A stretch of 32,000 nt of DNA from Alkanindiges sp. WGS2144 (GTDB lineage Bacteria; Pseudomonadota; Gammaproteobacteria; Pseudomonadales; Moraxellaceae): the NCBI RefSeq assembly GCF_043950625.1, contig NZ_CP171007.1; one strand, given 5' to 3'. The notes under the pieces are model-generated. The model saw only the letters and a list, made by a program, of their open reading frames with translations, was not told the DNA's origin and did not search any database. Below are positions 28,520 through 32,000 of this stretch, one piece after another. Each line of letters opens with the position of its first letter. Positions within the stretch are counted from its first letter, which is position 1. A program made the position numbers and the translations under genes.

Positions 28520-29074
28520 ATGATTAACGATTTGAAAAAAGACGGTGAAAGCCGCATGAAAAAAAGCATTGAGGCACTAGAAACCGGTTTTGCCAAAGTG
28601 CGCACCGGGCGTGCTCATCCTTCCATGCTTAACGGTATCATGGTGTCTTATTATGGCAGTGATGTACCGCTTAATCAGGTGGCAAACGTTGGTGTTGATG
28701 ACGCGCGTACACTGGTGGTACAGCCTTTTGAGCGCAGCATGACCAGTACTATTGATAAGGCCATTCGTGAAAGTGATTTGGGTTTAAATCCAATTACTGC
28801 GGATATTATTCGTGTGCCGTTACCTGCGCTGACTGAAGAAACCCGCCGTAATATGCAAAAACTGGCACGTAGTGAAGCGGAAAATGCCAAAGTAGCTATC
28901 CGTAATATTCGTCGTGATATTCTGGGCGATATTAAAGATTTGTTAAAAGAAAAAGAAATTTCTGAGGATGAGGAACGCCGCGCCGGTGACGATATTCAGA
29001 AACTGACTGACAAATATGTGGCGGATGTGGATAAAATGCTGGCAGCCAAGGAAGCTGAACTGATTCAGGTTTAA
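28520..29074 (+). CDS. frr: Ribosome recycling factor
   Basis: 184 aa. Contains ...[14 protein letters not shown]... and ...LGLNP...IRVPLP.LTEE.R, canonical RRF sequence. Confidence 0.95.
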   Translation: MINDLKKDGESRMKKSIEALETGFAKVRTGRAHPSMLNGIMVSYYGSDVPLNQVANVGVDDARTLVVQPFERSMTSTIDKAIRESDLGLNPITADIIRVPLPALTEETRRNMQKLARSEAENAKVAIRNIRRDILGDIKDLLKEKEISEDEERRAGDDIQKLTDKYVADVDKMLAAKEAELIQV

Positions 29075-29101
29075 TTAATTATTATTTTGGTCACTAACCT
29101 T

Positions 29102-29878
29102 ATGTCCAGTGAATCTTCCTTAGCCGATCTTTCATTGCCAAGTCTGCCTCGGCATGTGGCAATCATTATGGATGGCAATAACCGGTATGGTAAGCGTGAA
29201 GCCTTACCAGAGGGCGAGGGACATCGGGCAGGCAAGGACCAGCTTGACCCTATTGTTGAGCAGGCGCGACGCCTTGGCATTCAGGTGCTGACAGTTTTTG
29301 CTTTTTCCAGCGAGAACTGGCAGCGTCCAGCCAAAGAAGTTGCCTTGCTCATGAAGCTGTTTGCCCAGACCATCCGTGAGCAAATACCGCGCATGAAAAA
29401 GCATGATATTGCCTTGCGATTTATTGGCAACCGGACACAGTTATCTACTGAGCTACAACAACTGATGCAGGAAGCAGAAAGCATCACCGCACACCATACT
29501 GCCATGACATTGGTCATTGCAGTGAGTTATGGGGGAATGTGGGATGTTGCCCAGGCTGCGCGTCAGGTTGCCTTGCAGGTAGAACGCGGTTTGTTAAAGG
29601 TCGATCAAATCAGTGAGCAAACCCTGCAACAGCATATTTCCCTATCTGATCTACCGGCAGTCGATTTACTCATTCGCACAGGTGGTGATTACCGGTTATC
29701 CAATTTTTTGCTCTGGCAGGCTGCTTATGCAGAGCTTTACTTTACAGAAACACTATGGCCTGACTTTTCGGTAGAAGAGTTTAATCAGGCGCTGGAAGTA
29801 TTTGCCCAGCGTGAGCGCCGGTTTGGTCGTACCAGTGAGCAAGTTAAACAACAGCCTAGCAATAACACTGAGAACTAA
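29102..29878 (+). CDS. uppS: Undecaprenyl diphosphate synthase (cis-prenyltransferase)
   Basis: HVAIIMDGNNRYGK and RTGGDYRLSNFLLWQAAYAELYF motifs. Start taken at ATG 29102. Confidence 0.95.
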   Translation: MSSESSLADLSLPSLPRHVAIIMDGNNRYGKREALPEGEGHRAGKDQLDPIVEQARRLGIQVLTVFAFSSENWQRPAKEVALLMKLFAQTIREQIPRMKKHDIALRFIGNRTQLSTELQQLMQEAESITAHHTAMTLVIAVSYGGMWDVAQAARQVALQVERGLLKVDQISEQTLQQHISLSDLPAVDLLIRTGGDYRLSNFLLWQAAYAELYFTETLWPDFSVEEFNQALEVFAQRERRFGRTSEQVKQQPSNNTEN

Positions 29879-29881
29879 AAT

Positions 29882-30685
29882 ATGATTGAACGGATTCGCA
29901 CAGCATTGATTCTGGTGGTTATTGTCCTGCTATGTATGTTTGCTACCGGTAGTCCACTGCCCATGCTGGCTTTGATGTTGATTACGGTGGCTATTGCCGG
30001 TTTTGAGTGGGCACGCTTAATTCCTAATCAGCACCAAAAGCTTTATGCGGCAGGGGTAGCTGTCATTTCAGCGCTAGCCTTTGCAGTGGCAGATGTGTGG
30101 CCTTTTTTATGGATGCTGTCGTTATTAATCTGGTTGATTAGTCTGATCTGGGTTACTCAATATCCCCAGAAAACTGGCTGGTATCATCCTGCCTTAAATG
30201 GCGTGGGAGTAGTTTTGCTGGTTGCTGCCGTGGTTGCCATTTTCAGTTTATGGCAGCAGTCGCCATGGTGGCTGATGTATGTGTTTACTCTGGTATGGGG
30301 TGCAGATAGTGGTGCTTATTTTGCCGGACGAGCACTGGGTAAGCATAAGCTGGCACCGCATGTAAGCCCCAACAAATCGATTGAAGGTCTGATAGGCGGA
30401 CTGGCCTTAACTGTAATGATCATTCTGGCGGTGGCGTTTACCCAGCTTGATTTAACACCTGTGGCGCTGACCAGTTTTATTGCCTTATCAATCTTTACTG
30501 TTCTGGCTTCGGTACAAGGCGATTTGTTTGAGTCCATGGTCAAGCGCAAAGCGGGCATTAAGGATTCTGGAAAAATATTGCCGGGGCACGGTGGTGTGCT
30601 GGATCGTATTGATTCCCTGCTGGCAGCAGCACCTGTTTTTGCACTGGGTTTATGGTTGCAGCAGCAGTTTCTGGGCGGATTTTAA
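29882..30685 (+). CDS. cdsA: Phosphatidate cytidylyltransferase (CDP-diglyceride synthase)
   Basis: Polytopic membrane protein carrying the signature SMVKRKAGIKDSGKILPGHGGVLDRIDS. Confidence 0.93.
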   Translation: MIERIRTALILVVIVLLCMFATGSPLPMLALMLITVAIAGFEWARLIPNQHQKLYAAGVAVISALAFAVADVWPFLWMLSLLIWLISLIWVTQYPQKTGWYHPALNGVGVVLLVAAVVAIFSLWQQSPWWLMYVFTLVWGADSGAYFAGRALGKHKLAPHVSPNKSIEGLIGGLALTVMIILAVAFTQLDLTPVALTSFIALSIFTVLASVQGDLFESMVKRKAGIKDSGKILPGHGGVLDRIDSLLAAAPVFALGLWLQQQFLGGF

Positions 30686-31915
30686 ATGTCAGTGCAACAG
30701 GTAACTGTTCTAGGTGCAACAGGTTCCATTGGTCAGAGCACCTTAAAAGTATTAAGCCAGCATACTGAACGCTATCAGGTGTATGCACTGACCGGTTTTA
30801 GCCGCCTAGAGCAACTGGCTCAACTCACCAGTCAGTATCTTCCCAAAGTGGTGGTGGTAGATACTGCAAAGAAAGATCAGTTTATTGAACAGTTAAAATT
30901 ACATTGTAATGACAAGATTATAAATTCTATAGAAGTGCTGGAAGGAGAAGCCGGCTTATGTGAAGTGGCCGCAACAGATCGTGTTGATATTGTGATGGCA
31001 GCTATTGTAGGCAGTGCAGGCCTAAAGCCCACACTGGCTGCTGTTGATGCTGGCAAACGTGTATTGCTCGCCAATAAGGAGTCGCTGGTAATGGCCGGAG
31101 AGCTATTTATGCAGCGGGTCCGGCAGGCACAGGCAACCTTGTTACCGGTAGATTCCGAGCACAATGCGATTTTTCAATGCTTGCCGCCAGATTATTTTGA
31201 CACATTGACGCGCTTTAACGAACAGGGTAATCGTGCAGGGGTGTCGCAGGTGCTCCTGACTGCATCAGGTGGGCCTTTTAGAACATGGTCACTAGAGCAA
31301 ATGCAGCAAGTAACTCCAGCACAGGCCTGTCAGCATCCCAATTGGTCCATGGGACAAAAAATTTCAGTAGATTCCGCAACTTTAATGAATAAAGGGCTAG
31401 AGCTAATCGAAGCCTGTCATTTATTTGAACTCCCAGTTGAGCGGGTAACGGTAGTGATTCATCCTGAAAGTATTGTTCATTCACTGGTACAATATATTGA
31501 TGGCTCAACGCTGGCACAAATGGGGAATCCGGATATGTGTACGCCAATTGCACATGCCCTGGCCTGGCCACAGCGCATTACAGCACCAGTTCCAGCACTG
31601 GATCTATTCAAGGTTCAGCAACTGCACTTTGAAGCACCGGATAACACTCGCTTTCCTGCTTTAGGTCTGGCACAAGAAGCCATGCGGCAGGGCGGCTGTT
31701 TGCCTGCCATACTCAATGCCAGTAATGAAATTGCAGTGGCGGCATTTTTGTGTGGTAAGCTTGCATTTACACAGATTACACAGCTCATACACGCAGTGAT
31801 AACACAAATGAATGTGCTTCCTGCACACGATCTTGGCACAATTCTGGCTCAAGACCTTGAGGCGCGGGCGCTTGCAAGGCAATGGATAGCGGCGCATGCC
31901 AGTAGGGGTTCATGA
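30686..31915 (+). CDS. dxr: 1-deoxy-D-xylulose 5-phosphate reductoisomerase
   Basis: VLGATGSIGQSTL NADPH loop, LANKESLV, DSEHNAIFQC, and NKGLE motifs. Confidence 0.95.
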   Translation: MSVQQVTVLGATGSIGQSTLKVLSQHTERYQVYALTGFSRLEQLAQLTSQYLPKVVVVDTAKKDQFIEQLKLHCNDKIINSIEVLEGEAGLCEVAATDRVDIVMAAIVGSAGLKPTLAAVDAGKRVLLANKESLVMAGELFMQRVRQAQATLLPVDSEHNAIFQCLPPDYFDTLTRFNEQGNRAGVSQVLLTASGGPFRTWSLEQMQQVTPAQACQHPNWSMGQKISVDSATLMNKGLELIEACHLFELPVERVTVVIHPESIVHSLVQYIDGSTLAQMGNPDMCTPIAHALAWPQRITAPVPALDLFKVQQLHFEAPDNTRFPALGLAQEAMRQGGCLPAILNASNEIAVAAFLCGKLAFTQITQLIHAVITQMNVLPAHDLGTILAQDLEARALARQWIAAHASRGS

Positions 31916-32000
31916 ATATACTATTTATTATTCTTGCAGCAATCGTATTGCTTGGCCCACTTATTGCCATTCATGAGTTTGGTCACTTCTGGGTGGCACG
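31912..32000 (+). CDS. rseP: RseP (RIP zinc metalloprotease) N-terminal fragment; continues beyond the window
   Basis: ATG 31912 overlaps the dxr stop (ATGA). The translation MNILFIILAAIVLLGPLIAIHEFGHFWVA contains the HExxH site of site-2 proteases. It occupies the expected synteny position after dxr. Confidence 0.8.
   Translation, partial: MNILFIILAAIVLLGPLIAIHEFGHFWVA

Noticed and set aside
1-32000. Scan for tRNA/rRNA genes, CRISPR repeats, IS elements, transposases, integrases, phage genes, toxin-antitoxin pairs and known defence-system genes
   Set aside because: None was recognised by eye: no spaced direct-repeat arrays, no terminal inverted repeats flanking an ORF, no T-loop-like GGTTCGAATCC motif, and no DDE, tyrosine-recombinase or nuclease/ATPase defence-type proteins in the ORF set. 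A covariance-model or HMM scan would be needed to exclude small RNAs formally.

Overview
The window reads as a mostly core chromosomal segment of a gammaproteobacterium. The synteny is Moraxellaceae/Acinetobacter-like (fdxA-mutS adjacency; pyrH-frr-uppS-cdsA-dxr-rseP string), which is an inference from gene order and protein motifs only. Core genes, left to right: pyrB (3' part), non-catalytic pyrC', trmB, yigZ, fdxA, mutS, a mutT/TenI-like fusion, mrcB (PBP1B) with a downstream lipoprotein, ntrBC, rimO, pyrH, frr, uppS, cdsA, dxr and the start of rseP. Between mutS and the mutT-like gene (about 10.1-18.3 kb) lies a more accessory-looking block. It holds an MFS transporter with a divergent LysR regulator, a TetR regulator divergent from a two-gene operon (divergent MBL-fold protein plus SDR), a 711-aa lipoprotein with an alpha/beta-hydrolase domain, and a 52-aa HemP-like ORF. 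The HemP-like ORF is absent from the ORF track because it is under 60 aa; it has a near-consensus Fur box and its own terminator. I recognised no tRNA, rRNA, CRISPR array, IS/transposase, integrase, phage gene or known defence gene, and I cannot point to a clear-cut novel multi-gene system. The items most worth follow-up are the TetR-controlled degenerate-MBL/SDR operon, the orphan Fur-regulated hemP unit, and the lipobox/linker/helical-repeat lipoprotein encoded directly after PBP1B (an LpoP-type activator candidate). All homology statements come from motif recognition by eye; no database search was run.
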